This document shows, in pieces, positions 39,629 through 49,926 of a stretch of DNA of 64,000 nt (position 1 is its first letter; each line of letters starts with the position of its first letter). Under the pieces are notes generated by a model. It was given only the letters and a program-made list of their open reading frames with translations, did no database searches and had not been told where the DNA came from. This DNA is from Chthoniobacteraceae bacterium (GTDB taxonomy: Bacteria; Verrucomicrobiota; Verrucomicrobiia; Chthoniobacterales; Chthoniobacteraceae): assembly GCA_037190965.1 (NCBI GenBank), contig JBBCKI010000023.1:34619-98618 (forward strand), in the 5' to 3' direction. Both the position numbers and the translations under genes were made by a program.

Positions 39629-40951
39629 ATGTCGAGCAATAACAGCAAGAGCAAGGCCGTGATGGAGTTTCAGCGGAAACTGTTTGCATCCCGCTTTTTT
39701 ACGATCTCCGTCCTCCTTCATTTCATCCTCGTCGTTGCCTTCGGCGGCACCGTTCTATTCCAACGCTATTCCGAGCCGCCGGACTTCACCGGCGAGGAAG
39801 GCGGCGGCTTTGTGTCCGCCGACACCGCCTCTTCCGCGGCGCCTCCTCCTCAAGCATCCGAAGTGGCCCCGGAAATGACGGTGAGCACTCCGGTGCCCAG
39901 CGCGAACCCCACGGATATTACCGCCATCACCACTTCCGCGGTGAGCGACGTCTCCTTCACGATGCCGGCGATCGCGCCTCCGGTTATCTCTCCCACGGCC
40001 AGCATGAACACGTCGATGGCGGCTTCTTCGGCACCCTCGATGAGCGGCGCATCGCTGACGGCGGCGCAGAGCCGGGAGATCGCCGCCTTCACGGGCGGTT
40101 GGGCCAAAAAAGGAGGGAGCGGCGGCGGCCCCGGAAGCTCGCCCCGTACCCGCGAATTTGAGTTTACGGCCTATCTCGCCAAATACGGCGATCCCAATGA
40201 TCCCCAGCGGGGCGGCGACTGGGCTTCCACCAACTGGCTTCGCGAGGGCAAGATCGTTGGCGGCAGCCTCCCGAACCTGTTGTATTACATGAACAAAATG
40301 TCGCGGGACAAGATCAAGGCGGCCCCGAATGCCGTTCCGCTTGAGCTTTCCAGCCAGGAAATCTTCGCCAAGAAGCCTCCGTTCATTTTCTTCACCGGGC
40401 ACCGCGATTTCGTGCTGACCAACCAGGAAGTGGAAAATCTGCGGAAGTATATCAGCCTCGGTGGCTGCGTCTGGGGTGACAGCTCGCTGCCGGGCCGCCG
40501 GTCCCGCTTCGACATCGCCTTCCGTCGCGAAATGCGCCGGGTGATCTCCGACGCCGACAAGGATTGGGAGAAACTTCCTCCCAACCACGCGATGTTCACA
40601 AAAAATCTCTACTATCAGGAGATCAAGGAACCGCCTACCGGGATGAATTTCTATAAGGAACCGGTCTATGCGCTGAAGTTTGCCGGTGAAGTGGCGATCA
40701 TTTACACGGCCAACGACTACGGCGACATGTGGCAGATCGGCGTCGACGAAAAAGGGCAGCCCGACATGAGCGTCGACGAAAAAGGCCGTCACATCGCGAT
40801 GAATATCGGGATCTGGAACCGCCGCAACCTGTATTACCGGAATATTGAGATGCCCGCGGTGATCAATACCTACAAATTTGGAACAAACGTGGTGATCCAT
40901 CTTCTCACACGGTGGGAGGATCGGGTTCGCGGCGTTCCGACCGGTTTGTAG
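39629..40951 (+). CDS. Membrane-anchored DUF4159-like domain protein, paralog 1
   Basis: N-terminal TM (SVLLH), Ser/Pro/Thr-rich linker, C-terminal GGDW...LPNL...PFIFFTGH.DF.LT..E.ENLR.Y...GG. Confidence 0.75.
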   Translation: MSSNNSKSKAVMEFQRKLFASRFFTISVLLHFILVVAFGGTVLFQRYSEPPDFTGEEGGGFVSADTASSAAPPPQASEVAPEMTVSTPVPSANPTDITAITTSAVSDVSFTMPAIAPPVISPTASMNTSMAASSAPSMSGASLTAAQSREIAAFTGGWAKKGGSGGGPGSSPRTREFEFTAYLAKYGDPNDPQRGGDWASTNWLREGKIVGGSLPNLLYYMNKMSRDKIKAAPNAVPLELSSQEIFAKKPPFIFFTGHRDFVLTNQEVENLRKYISLGGCVWGDSSLPGRRSRFDIAFRREMRRVISDADKDWEKLPPNHAMFTKNLYYQEIKEPPTGMNFYKEPVYALKFAGEVAIIYTANDYGDMWQIGVDEKGQPDMSVDEKGRHIAMNIGIWNRRNLYYRNIEMPAVINTYKFGTNVVIHLLTRWEDRVRGVPTGL

Positions 40952-41102
40952 GCGATGGGATCAACGCCCTGATCTCACGGGATCAGGGTGGAGGGGAAAT
41001 TGGGGGAAAAGTTTTTGGATTTTAACTGAAGACGCTTTCAAAGGCGTCCCGACACGGACCATGTAAACGTTAAACCAACCAGAAAAGAGAGGAAATCCCC
41101 CC

Positions 41103-42431
41103 ATGAACACTGAACGTTCCTGCCCTCGTTCACTGAAAAGCCGTTTTCTCGCCGACGTTCCGCGCAAGGTATTCAGCTCCCGCTTTTTCACCATCTCGGC
41201 GCTGCTGCATTTCATCCTGGTTCTTGTTTTTGGGGGAACCGTGTTGGTAAGAACCACAAAGGCACCCGAAGACTTCCCGCAGGCCCAGATTTCGGCTTCG
41301 GATGACTCAACGGAAGCCGCCAACCGTCCACCATCCGGCAACTCCGACCCGGCCGAGACGGTGCTGCCGCCAGTCCAGATCGATTCTTCCCACGCCGCGA
41401 TCAATTTGATCCGGACGGACAATCTGCTTCACTCAAACGAAATCGCGCCGGTGCGCCCCGTCTTTCCAACCTCGGGGGCCGTGCTGCCGGTAGCTCGCGG
41501 GCCTTTCGAAACCTCCCCAACCAACCTGCCTACTACTCGACCCGGAGAACTCTCTCCCGAACAAAAGCAGGCCATAAAGGTTTTTACAACCTGGACGCCG
41601 CCCGGCAGTCGGGGCGGCTCCGTGAAGGATAGAATCTTCCAATTCACGATCTTTCTCGCCAAATATGGCGACCCCAATGATCCCCAACGAGGTGGCGATT
41701 GGGCTTCGACGCACCGGTTGAAGGATGGAAAGATCACCGGGGGCAGTCTGCCGAATCTCGTTTACCTGATGAACAAAATGTCGAACGGCAAGCTCCAGGC
41801 AAGCCTGGCTTCGGAGCCGATCGACCTGGCAAGCGGTGAAATTTTTGCCAAACGGCCTCCCTTCATCTTCTTCACCGGGCACCGCGACTTCGTGCTGACG
41901 GAGCGGGAGGTTGAGAATCTTCAAAAATACGTGAGCCTTGGCGGCTGTATCTGGGGCGACAGTTCGCTGCCGGGCCGTCGCTCCCGTTTCGACATCGCCT
42001 TCCGCCGGGAAATGCGCCGGGTGGTCGGGGACATTGACAAACAATGGGAGACGCTGCCGTCGAACCACGCCATGTTTACCCAGAACCTCTACTACCCGGA
42101 GGTCAAGACGATGCCCGCGGGATTGAATTTCTACAAGGAGCCCATCCACGCGCTCAAATATCAAGGCGAAGTGGCGGTAATCTACACCGCCAATGACTAC
42201 GCCGATCTATGGCAGATTGGCCTCGATGAACATGGAAAACTCGACTTCAGCACGGATGAGCGGGGTAACTATGTGGCCATGAATCACGCGATCTGGAATC
42301 GGCGGGACATCTATTTCCGGAACGTGGCTGAAAGTCCGGTCCTGAATTCCTACAAATTCGGAGCCAACGTGGTGGCTCATCTCCTGACCCGCTGGGAGGG
42401 TCGTCTGGGGCGCACCCCAACGGGACTCTAA
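41103..42431 (+). CDS. Membrane-anchored DUF4159-like domain protein, paralog 2
   Basis: Same architecture; the C-terminal domain is closely similar to paralog 1 and both end PTGL. Confidence 0.75.
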   Translation: MNTERSCPRSLKSRFLADVPRKVFSSRFFTISALLHFILVLVFGGTVLVRTTKAPEDFPQAQISASDDSTEAANRPPSGNSDPAETVLPPVQIDSSHAAINLIRTDNLLHSNEIAPVRPVFPTSGAVLPVARGPFETSPTNLPTTRPGELSPEQKQAIKVFTTWTPPGSRGGSVKDRIFQFTIFLAKYGDPNDPQRGGDWASTHRLKDGKITGGSLPNLVYLMNKMSNGKLQASLASEPIDLASGEIFAKRPPFIFFTGHRDFVLTEREVENLQKYVSLGGCIWGDSSLPGRRSRFDIAFRREMRRVVGDIDKQWETLPSNHAMFTQNLYYPEVKTMPAGLNFYKEPIHALKYQGEVAVIYTANDYADLWQIGLDEHGKLDFSTDERGNYVAMNHAIWNRRDIYFRNVAESPVLNSYKFGANVVAHLLTRWEGRLGRTPTGL

Positions 42432-42567
42432 AAAGAGGCCGGGGCGCCGGGAGGGATGGGACGACCGGTTGAGGATGAGGGAGGGGCGTTTACCCCTCCC
42501 CGCCTGACGCCGCTTTGCGTGCTATCGGATTGATCAGCCCCGCCGCCCGGTGCATCTTGGCGGCGGG

Positions 42568-45273
42568 ATGGCGATGCTTCAGGGAAGACAGGGACGACAA
42601 GGCGGGCCGCCGGTTTCACCTCTGCTGCGGGAAGCGGGCCAGGGGGATCCCGCCGCCGCGCTCCGGCTGCTGCAGACAACTCTCGACGGCCTGGATGCAG
42701 AAGCCGTCGAAGAACGACGCAAGACATATGGCCGCAATGACGTGGCGCATGAACGGCCTCCTTACTGGTGGGTTCAACTCGCGCAGGCGTTCAACAACCC
42801 CTTCATCATCATCCTCCTCGTCCTGGGAGCGGTTTCGTATCTCACCGACGTCTGGCTTCCGGCGCGCGAGATGCGGCAATGGGCGGCGAATCCCTCCGCG
42901 TTCGAGGCCAAACCCGAGAGACCAAACTGGGACAAGGTGGTTATCCTCGCCGTCATGATCGGGCTGAGCGGCAGCCTTCGCTTCTGGCAGGAGTTCCGTT
43001 CCACCAGGGCGGCGGAAAAACTAAAGGCGCTGGTCCACACCACAGCCACCGTCTCTCGCCTGACGGAGCGGAAAGGCAGCCGTCAACGCGAGGTCCCAAT
43101 TGCCAGCCTCGTCCCAGGCGACATCGTTCACCTTTCCGCAGGCGACATGATCCCCGCCGATGTGCGGTTGCTGACTTCCAAGGATCTTTTCGTGAGTGAG
43201 TCGGCGCTCACGGGCGAAGCGATGCCGGTGGAGAAATACAGCACGGCGGAGGGCGACGGCGCCCAATCGCCCCTTGAAATGAGGACGCTCTGCTTCATGG
43301 GGACCAACGTGCTCAGCGGTGCCGCGAGCGCCGTAGTGGTCGCCACCGGACGACAGACATTCTTCGGCTCGCTGGCGGGAAGCATTCTCGGCAGCCGCCC
43401 GTTGACGAGCTTCGACATCGGCGTCAGCAAGATCAGCTTCCTGCTCGTCAAGTTCATGCTCCTGATGGTGCCGATTGTCATGCTCATCAATGGAGTGACC
43501 AAGCATGACTGGAAAGAGGCGCTCCTTTTCGGCCTCGCCGTGGCCGTCGGCCTCACGCCCGAGATGCTCCCGCTGGTTGTGTCGGCCAACCTCGCCCGGG
43601 GTGCCATCGCGATGTCGAAGCGGAAGGTGATTGTGAAGCGCCTCAACGCGATTCAGAACTTCGGAGCGATGGACGTGCTCTGCACGGACAAAACGGGAAC
43701 GCTCACTGAAGACAAAGTGGTGCTCGTGCAGTACCTCGACATGGTTGGAAAAAGCAGCCCGCTCGTGCTCAAGATCGCCGTCCTCAACAGCTTCTTCCAG
43801 ACCGGCCTCAAAAACCTGCTCGACCTCGCGGTGATCGAAAAGACCGGCGAAGCCGCCGCCAGCCAGATCGCGCACGGGTACGAAAAGGTGGACGAGATCC
43901 CTTTCGATTTCACCCGGAGGCGGATGTCGGTGGTCCTTGCCGAACGCGAAACCGGCAACCATCTCCTCCTCTGCAAAGGTGGGGTGGAGGAAACCCTCGA
44001 AGTCTGCAGCCGCGTCCAGGACGAGGGCGGGGAACGTCCTCTGACCGAAGCAGACAAACGGAGCCTGATCGCTTTTCGCGACACATTGAACGCCGATGGG
44101 CTGCGCGTGCTCGCCGTGGCCAGCAAGGCTCTGGAACGCGACGACCATCCGTTCGGCATCCCGGATGAAAATGCCCTGACGTTGATCGGTTACATCGCAT
44201 TTCTCGACCCTCCAAAGCGCTCCGCCCGGGAGGCGATCCACGCGCTGGCGCACCATGGCGTGGCGATCAAGGTCATTACCGGCGACAATGCCGTGGTCGC
44301 GGCCAAAGTCTGCCGAGAAGTGGGGCTGCGACCCGGGGAAGCGGTGCTGGGGTCGCAAGTCGAAGCGATGAGCGACGCCGATCTCGGCGAGTTGGCCAGC
44401 CGCTCCACGCTTTTTGCCAAGATGAACCCGCTGCAAAAAGCTCGCGTCATCCGCGTCCTCAAGGCCCGGGGGAGCACCGTCGGTTATCTGGGCGACGGAA
44501 TCAACGATTCCGCCGCGTTGCGCGACGCGGATGTCGGCATCTCGGTCGATAGCGCCGTCGATATCGCCAAGGAATCCGCCGACATCATCCTGCTCAAGAA
44601 AAGCCTGCTCGTGCTCAAAGAAGGAATCGTGGAAGGGCGTGTCGTCTTCGGGAACATCGTCAAATACATCAAGATGACGACCAGTTCCAACTTCGGGAAC
44701 GTCTTCAGCATCCTCACGGCGAGCGCGTTTCTCCCCTTCCTGCCGATGCTCGCCCTCCAGATTCTCGTACAGAATCTTCTCTATGATATCTCCCAGCTCT
44801 CGCTGCCGTGGGACCGCATGGACCGCGAGTTCGTGGAACGCCCCCGCAAGTGGGAGGCAGGCGGGGTCATGCGGTTCATGGTCTGCATCGGCCCGATCAG
44901 TTCGATCTTCGATATTACCACCTTTTACATTCTCTGGACCGTCTTCGGCGCGAACTCGATAGCCCATCAAGCCCTCTTCCATTCGGGATGGTTTGTGGAA
45001 GGACTGCTCTCGCAAACACTCATCGTCCATATGATCCGCACGCAAAAGATCCCCTTCATCCAGAGCGCCGCCGCGCCGCCCGTCATTGTGTTGACGCTGG
45101 CCGTCATGGCGTTGGGTATTGCCATTCCCTTTACCGCATTCGGCGCAAGCATCGGCCTGCCACCGTTGCCCGCCGCGTATTTCCCGTGGCTGATCGCGAC
45201 GCTGCTGGCGTATTGCTTGCTCACGCAAGTGGTGAAGCGTTGGTACATCCGCCGGTTTGGTGAATGGTTGTGA
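42568..45273 (+). CDS. mgtA: Magnesium-translocating P-type ATPase
   Basis: LTGEAMPVEK, AVAVGLTPEMLP, DKTGTLT, TGLKNLLD, DEIPFDF.RRRMS, GDGIND, SSNFGNVFS and SGWFVEGLLSQTL. Confidence 0.95.
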   Translation: MAMLQGRQGRQGGPPVSPLLREAGQGDPAAALRLLQTTLDGLDAEAVEERRKTYGRNDVAHERPPYWWVQLAQAFNNPFIIILLVLGAVSYLTDVWLPAREMRQWAANPSAFEAKPERPNWDKVVILAVMIGLSGSLRFWQEFRSTRAAEKLKALVHTTATVSRLTERKGSRQREVPIASLVPGDIVHLSAGDMIPADVRLLTSKDLFVSESALTGEAMPVEKYSTAEGDGAQSPLEMRTLCFMGTNVLSGAASAVVVATGRQTFFGSLAGSILGSRPLTSFDIGVSKISFLLVKFMLLMVPIVMLINGVTKHDWKEALLFGLAVAVGLTPEMLPLVVSANLARGAIAMSKRKVIVKRLNAIQNFGAMDVLCTDKTGTLTEDKVVLVQYLDMVGKSSPLVLKIAVLNSFFQTGLKNLLDLAVIEKTGEAAASQIAHGYEKVDEIPFDFTRRRMSVVLAERETGNHLLLCKGGVEETLEVCSRVQDEGGERPLTEADKRSLIAFRDTLNADGLRVLAVASKALERDDHPFGIPDENALTLIGYIAFLDPPKRSAREAIHALAHHGVAIKVITGDNAVVAAKVCREVGLRPGEAVLGSQVEAMSDADLGELASRSTLFAKMNPLQKARVIRVLKARGSTVGYLGDGINDSAALRDADVGISVDSAVDIAKESADIILLKKSLLVLKEGIVEGRVVFGNIVKYIKMTTSSNFGNVFSILTASAFLPFLPMLALQILVQNLLYDISQLSLPWDRMDREFVERPRKWEAGGVMRFMVCIGPISSIFDITTFYILWTVFGANSIAHQALFHSGWFVEGLLSQTLIVHMIRTQKIPFIQSAAAPPVIVLTLAVMALGIAIPFTAFGASIGLPPLPAAYFPWLIATLLAYCLLTQVVKRWYIRRFGEWL

Positions 45274-45370
45274 GCCTCGACTTGCGACTTGCGGCTTGCC
45301 CCGACGAGAGGCCTCAAGGCATGCTCCCACACGAGGGAACATCCTTTTTAATTCTACTCTGGAGACCGCC

Positions 45371-47743
45371 ATGCCCCTGAATGCTGAAGAGTTCGAGATT
45401 TTAGGCAGTTTTTACCTCGGTCGCCCTGTTGATCCCGCGACCGCCAGGCCCATTGAGGACGCGCCCCCGTTCCTTTACGATTCCACCGATCTCACCACGC
45501 ACGCCATCTGCGTCGGCATGACCGGCAGCGGCAAAACGGGACTCGGCGTCGCGCTTCTTGAGGAAGCCGCCATCGACGGAATCCCCGCGCTGATCATCGA
45601 CCCCAAGGGCGACCTCACCAATCTCGCCCTTCAGTTTCCGAACCTGGAACCGTCGGATTTCCGCCCATGGATCTCCCCCGATAACGCCGCCCGCGCCGGA
45701 GAAACGCCGGATGCCTTCGCCGCCTCGCAGGCGGAGCTTTGGAAAAAGGGCCTCGCGCGCTGGGGCGAAGACGGGGAACGGATTGCCAAACTCGCCAAAA
45801 GCGCGGAGGTCGCCGTCTATACCCCGGGCAGCACCGCAGGGATCCCCGTTTCAGTGATTCAATCGCTGGAAGCGCCACCTGAAGCGATGGTGAACGATCC
45901 CGAACTGCTGGGGGCGCAGATCGAAACCACGGTCGCCAGCCTTCTGGGATTGCTGGGCATCAACGCCGACCCGACGCGCAGCCGCGAAGGAACGCTTCTT
46001 TCGACGATTTTGCACCATAGTTGGGACCGGGGCGAAGGGCTGGATCTCCCCGAGATTGCCCGGCGCATCCAGAAGCCGCCCTTCTCGCAGATCGGCGTGC
46101 TGGATATCGAAGCCTTCTATCCCGAGAAAGATCGCTTCGCACTGGTACTCGCCCTCAACAGCCTGCTTGCCTCGCCAAACTTCGCCATCTGGCGGCAAGG
46201 CGTTCCTCTCGATGTGCAGAGTCTCCTCTACACGCCGGAAGGCAAACCACGCCTCGCGGTTTTCTCCATCGCCCATCTTGGCGACGCGGAGAGGATGTTT
46301 TTCGTCTCGATGCTCCTGGGGGCCACCCTCTCATGGATGCGCCGCCAGCCGGGCACCAGCAGCCTGCGGGCGCTCCTCTACATGGACGAGATTTTCGGCT
46401 ACTTCCCGCCGACGGCCAACCCTCCTTCCAAGAAGCCGCTGCTGACATTGATGAAACAAGCCCGAGCCTTTGGCCTGGGGGTTGTTCTGGCCACGCAGAA
46501 CCCAGCCGATCTCGACTACAAGGGGCTCTCCAACGCGGGAACATGGTTCATCGGCCGCCTGCAGACCGAGCGCGACAAGATGCGCCTTCTCGATGGCCTC
46601 GCCGGGTTGGGAGTGGACCGGAACGCCATCGACCAGATGCTCTCCAGCCTGGGCAAGCGGATCTTCCTCATGAACAACGTGCATGAGAACAAGCCAATTC
46701 TCTTCGAGAGCCGCTGGGCGCTCTCCTATCTCTGCGGTCCGCTGACGCGCGATCAGATCCGCCAGCTTCCTCGTCCCTCGTCCCCGGTAGCGACTACGCC
46801 CCCCGCCCAGGCGGCTTCGGCCAGGCGAGAGGAACCGATCGAACCGGTCAGCACCGCGGCACCAATGGTCTCGGGCATTCGCCAGATTTATCCAAAAAAA
46901 TTCACCGGCGACGCGCTTTACCCTCAACTCGTGGGGGTCGCCACGGTCCGCTACCGCGACGCTAAAGCGAAGCTCGACTTCAATCGGCCGCTGGTCCTCG
47001 CGACCGGCTTCCCTGACTCTCTCCATGGTGTGATCTGGGATGAAGCCCTTCCGCTTGTGCTGGAGGACTTCGATTCCGCACCGCCCGCCGGGCGCCCCAT
47101 TCGATGGGGCGCGGTCCCCCCGGAAGGTTTAAGAGCTGCTTCCTACACAGGCTGGCAACGCGATTTCGCGGCGTGGATCGTTGAACAACAGACCCTGACT
47201 CTCCTGGAGTGCCCGCTCAACGGAGCGCTCTCGGAACCGGACGAAGCTGAGATGGCCTTCCGCACCCGGCTCTCAGTCTCCCTGCGCGAAGCGCGCGACG
47301 CCCAGATTGCCGCGATGCGGGAGAAGTACGCGAAGAAGGAGCAAGCCATCGAACAACGCCGCCGCGCGGCGGAAGAGCGGCTGCGGACCCACGAAGCCCG
47401 TGCTGGCGATAGCCGCCTACAAACCGTCATCTCCGCAGGCTCCACCCTCCTCTCCCTCTTTCTGGGACGCAAGAAGCTGAGCGCCACCACGATCTCCCGC
47501 GCCACCAGCACCGCCAAGGGGCTGAGTCGCACCGTCAAACAGGGCGATGATCTCGATTCATCCCGCGAAAGACTCAAAGAAATCGAGGCCGAGCTGACGG
47601 CCCTGAACGAAGCGCTCCGAGAGGAGATGGACGCCACCCGCGATCAGTTCGACGCCCTGACCACGCCTCTGATCGCCCGCGAAATCAAACCGACACGAAC
47701 CGGCACCCGCGTGGAGTGGATGGCCCTTGGGTGGCTGACGTAA
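45371..47743 (+). CDS. HerA/FtsK-superfamily (DUF87-like) ATPase with C-terminal coiled coil
   Basis: THA..VGMTGSGKT Walker A, IIDPKGD, LYMDE Walker B and KQARAFGLGVVLATQNP.DLDYK. Confidence 0.85.
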   Translation: MPLNAEEFEILGSFYLGRPVDPATARPIEDAPPFLYDSTDLTTHAICVGMTGSGKTGLGVALLEEAAIDGIPALIIDPKGDLTNLALQFPNLEPSDFRPWISPDNAARAGETPDAFAASQAELWKKGLARWGEDGERIAKLAKSAEVAVYTPGSTAGIPVSVIQSLEAPPEAMVNDPELLGAQIETTVASLLGLLGINADPTRSREGTLLSTILHHSWDRGEGLDLPEIARRIQKPPFSQIGVLDIEAFYPEKDRFALVLALNSLLASPNFAIWRQGVPLDVQSLLYTPEGKPRLAVFSIAHLGDAERMFFVSMLLGATLSWMRRQPGTSSLRALLYMDEIFGYFPPTANPPSKKPLLTLMKQARAFGLGVVLATQNPADLDYKGLSNAGTWFIGRLQTERDKMRLLDGLAGLGVDRNAIDQMLSSLGKRIFLMNNVHENKPILFESRWALSYLCGPLTRDQIRQLPRPSSPVATTPPAQAASARREEPIEPVSTAAPMVSGIRQIYPKKFTGDALYPQLVGVATVRYRDAKAKLDFNRPLVLATGFPDSLHGVIWDEALPLVLEDFDSAPPAGRPIRWGAVPPEGLRAASYTGWQRDFAAWIVEQQTLTLLECPLNGALSEPDEAEMAFRTRLSVSLREARDAQIAAMREKYAKKEQAIEQRRRAAEERLRTHEARAGDSRLQTVISAGSTLLSLFLGRKKLSATTISRATSTAKGLSRTVKQGDDLDSSRERLKEIEAELTALNEALREEMDATRDQFDALTTPLIAREIKPTRTGTRVEWMALGWLT

Positions 47744-47762
47744 GGACATTCGGCGTCTCTGC

Positions 47763-48626
47763 CTAAATCGCAAACTCGTCCACCCACTCTCCCTTCTCGT
47801 GGCACCGAATGCGGAGCCGCGTAGGGATTCCTGAAACAAGATTGAGAATTCCCGAGTGGCTTCCCGGAGACCGGACGGACTCCAGTGCCGAGATATTGTA
47901 CTGCATCCTCGTTTCTCCTGTAATGGGGTTTGCCCGTTGCCACGGATTCTCGGCATTGAAAACGGTATCGCCGATATGCGCGTGCCCGTGAAGATGGAGG
48001 CACACATTTTTGGGAAGCGGGAGAAGCGGGGCGAGGAGATCGCTCGCCCTTTGGCCGCCCGGGAGGGCGTAGTGGGAAGCGATGATCACCGGCCCATCGT
48101 GGCGCTCCATTGCCGCCCGAAGCCGGCGATATGCATCCACCGGGTACGGGTAGTGTGCGGTATCTCCATAAACAGCGCCGTTGGTCGTCCACCAGGAGCC
48201 ATCCTTTGCGGCATGATCGCCGAGAAACACGACCAACGTTCGCCCCACCGCCTCGGAAAAATAGAAGGAATCGATTGCACCGGTGCGCCACCCAGGCTCC
48301 TCCTCGACGAGCTTGTGCAAAGGGAAGTGGGGGATGCCCAGCTTCCGCAATGCGTCCATCTCGTGATTTCCCAGAACATAGTACAGCGGAGCCTCCAGTC
48401 GTTTGATCTCGCCCACGTTGATGCGGGCAATTTCATCGAGACCCGCCAGGTCACTTCCGCAAAGGGCGTCTCCCAGACACCAGATGGCGTCGATCTTCAG
48501 GTCGTGCGCGAGGAGATCGTCCACGGCGCGGTGCACCGTCTCTCTGGCGAGAGCGGGAGTTCCGAGTTGAAGGTCGGAGTGAACCCAAATCCGCGTGAGA
48601 GTGCCGTCCGGGGAACGATCCATCAA
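47763..48626 (-). CDS. Metallophosphoesterase (calcineurin-like)
   Basis: SDLQ, LGD, GNHE, ASH and HGHAH motifs. Confidence 0.8.
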   Translation of the reverse strand: MMDRSPDGTLTRIWVHSDLQLGTPALARETVHRAVDDLLAHDLKIDAIWCLGDALCGSDLAGLDEIARINVGEIKRLEAPLYYVLGNHEMDALRKLGIPHFPLHKLVEEEPGWRTGAIDSFYFSEAVGRTLVVFLGDHAAKDGSWWTTNGAVYGDTAHYPYPVDAYRRLRAAMERHDGPVIIASHYALPGGQRASDLLAPLLPLPKNVCLHLHGHAHIGDTVFNAENPWQRANPITGETRMQYNISALESVRSPGSHSGILNLVSGIPTRLRIRCHEKGEWVDEFAI

Positions 48627-49699
48627 AGCACAACGCCAAACGAGTCGTTCTCGGAAACTGATTCGACAAAGCCTGTCAGCAGATCGATCACCTTCTGCAC
48701 GTCATCGAGATCGGCCATTTCCACCACGGAATGCATATACCGTAACGGCAACGAAACGAGCGCGCTCGGGATCCCTTCCCGGGTGTCGAAGATCACGTCG
48801 GTATCGGTGCCGCTGTAGCGCGATGACGATTCGTGCTGGATGGGGATATTGAGCTTTTCGGCCACCGAAAGGAGCCGCCGGATCACGGAAGGATGGTTGC
48901 AGGTGCCATGCGTCACGCTCGGTCCGCCGCCGAGCTTCACCTCGCCGTGTTGCGCGTGATCAATACCGGGGGTGTCAGTCGCGTGGGTGACATCAAGGAC
49001 GATGCAGAGATCGGGGTGAAGCCGGTGAGCCACCATCTTCGCCCCGTGACCGCCAATTTCCTCCTGCACCGCGTTGACGGCATAAACCGTGGATGAAAAC
49101 CTCTCACGCTTGCGGCTGAGATTGGCCAGCACCTGCGAGAGGATGAACCCGCCCACGCGGTTGTCGAGGGCGCGGCTGATAAGATAATGCGAGCCGAGCT
49201 CCTCGGCCGTATCGCTATAGACCGCCGGGTGTCCCACGCGAAGGCCGAGCGCGGCAACCTGCTCGGGGTTCGACGCGCCGACATCGACATAAAGCTCGTG
49301 AATTTTGGGCGCCTTTTCGTCTTGATTGTCCTTGCGGAGATGGATGGCCGTGTTCCCAATGATCCCGCGCACGGGTCCCTTGTCGCCGAGGATCTCCAAC
49401 CGCCGTCCACGCGCCGTGGCGGTGTCGGAGCCGCCGATCCGGTCGATCCGCAGAAACCCCTCTTTGGTAACCTGTTTGACGATGTAGCCGATCTCATCGG
49501 CGTGCGCCTCCAGCATGATCCGCTTGCCGCCGGGGGTGCCCGTCAAGGTGGCCCACGCGGTGCCATAAGCGTCGTTTTCCACCCGGTCCACGAAAGGACG
49601 CACGTAATGGGCCCATTTCCGCTGCCCGGGAACCTCAAACCCGGTCGGGCTGGGGGTGTTTAGAAGGTCGATAAGAAACGATTTGGCGGTGTCGTCCAT
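48623..49699 (-). CDS. M42 family metallopeptidase
   Basis: SPTGFE, AHADEIG, ALDNRVG, VQEEIG, DVTHATD, GTDTD and PLRYMHS. Confidence 0.92.
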   Translation of the reverse strand: MDDTAKSFLIDLLNTPSPTGFEVPGQRKWAHYVRPFVDRVENDAYGTAWATLTGTPGGKRIMLEAHADEIGYIVKQVTKEGFLRIDRIGGSDTATARGRRLEILGDKGPVRGIIGNTAIHLRKDNQDEKAPKIHELYVDVGASNPEQVAALGLRVGHPAVYSDTAEELGSHYLISRALDNRVGGFILSQVLANLSRKRERFSSTVYAVNAVQEEIGGHGAKMVAHRLHPDLCIVLDVTHATDTPGIDHAQHGEVKLGGGPSVTHGTCNHPSVIRRLLSVAEKLNIPIQHESSSRYSGTDTDVIFDTREGIPSALVSLPLRYMHSVVEMADLDDVQKVIDLLTGFVESVSENDSFGVVL

Positions 49700-49926
49700 A
49701 AAAGGGGAATCTGCCGTGAAAACGACCCGAGCGCCAGCCTGAAAGCCGCGCCGTCTTTGTCCGGAGTCTGAATTTTTCGGGAGGAAGAAAAGGCCAAGGA
49801 TTCCACCTCATCGGCGCGTCTTAACTTGGAACGACCCCTGAAATGCCCCGCACCGTTGCCTTTTCGTTTCGCCTTACCCGCTTCAGGAATGGGCATCGCG
49901 CTCAAAACCGGCTATTTCGAAGCCCG

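Noticed and set aside
43021..45372. Long antisense ORFs (783 aa opposite mgtA; likewise 28085-29593, 2980-4104, 20425-21780 and others)
   Set aside because: Shadow frames of well-supported genes in GC-rich DNA; no recognisable motifs.
45371..48626. HerA-like ATPase plus metallophosphoesterase as an anti-phage or repair module
   Set aside because: The genes are convergent, not operonic; the phosphoesterase overlaps the M42 peptidase gene instead, and no NurA or SIR2 partner is present.
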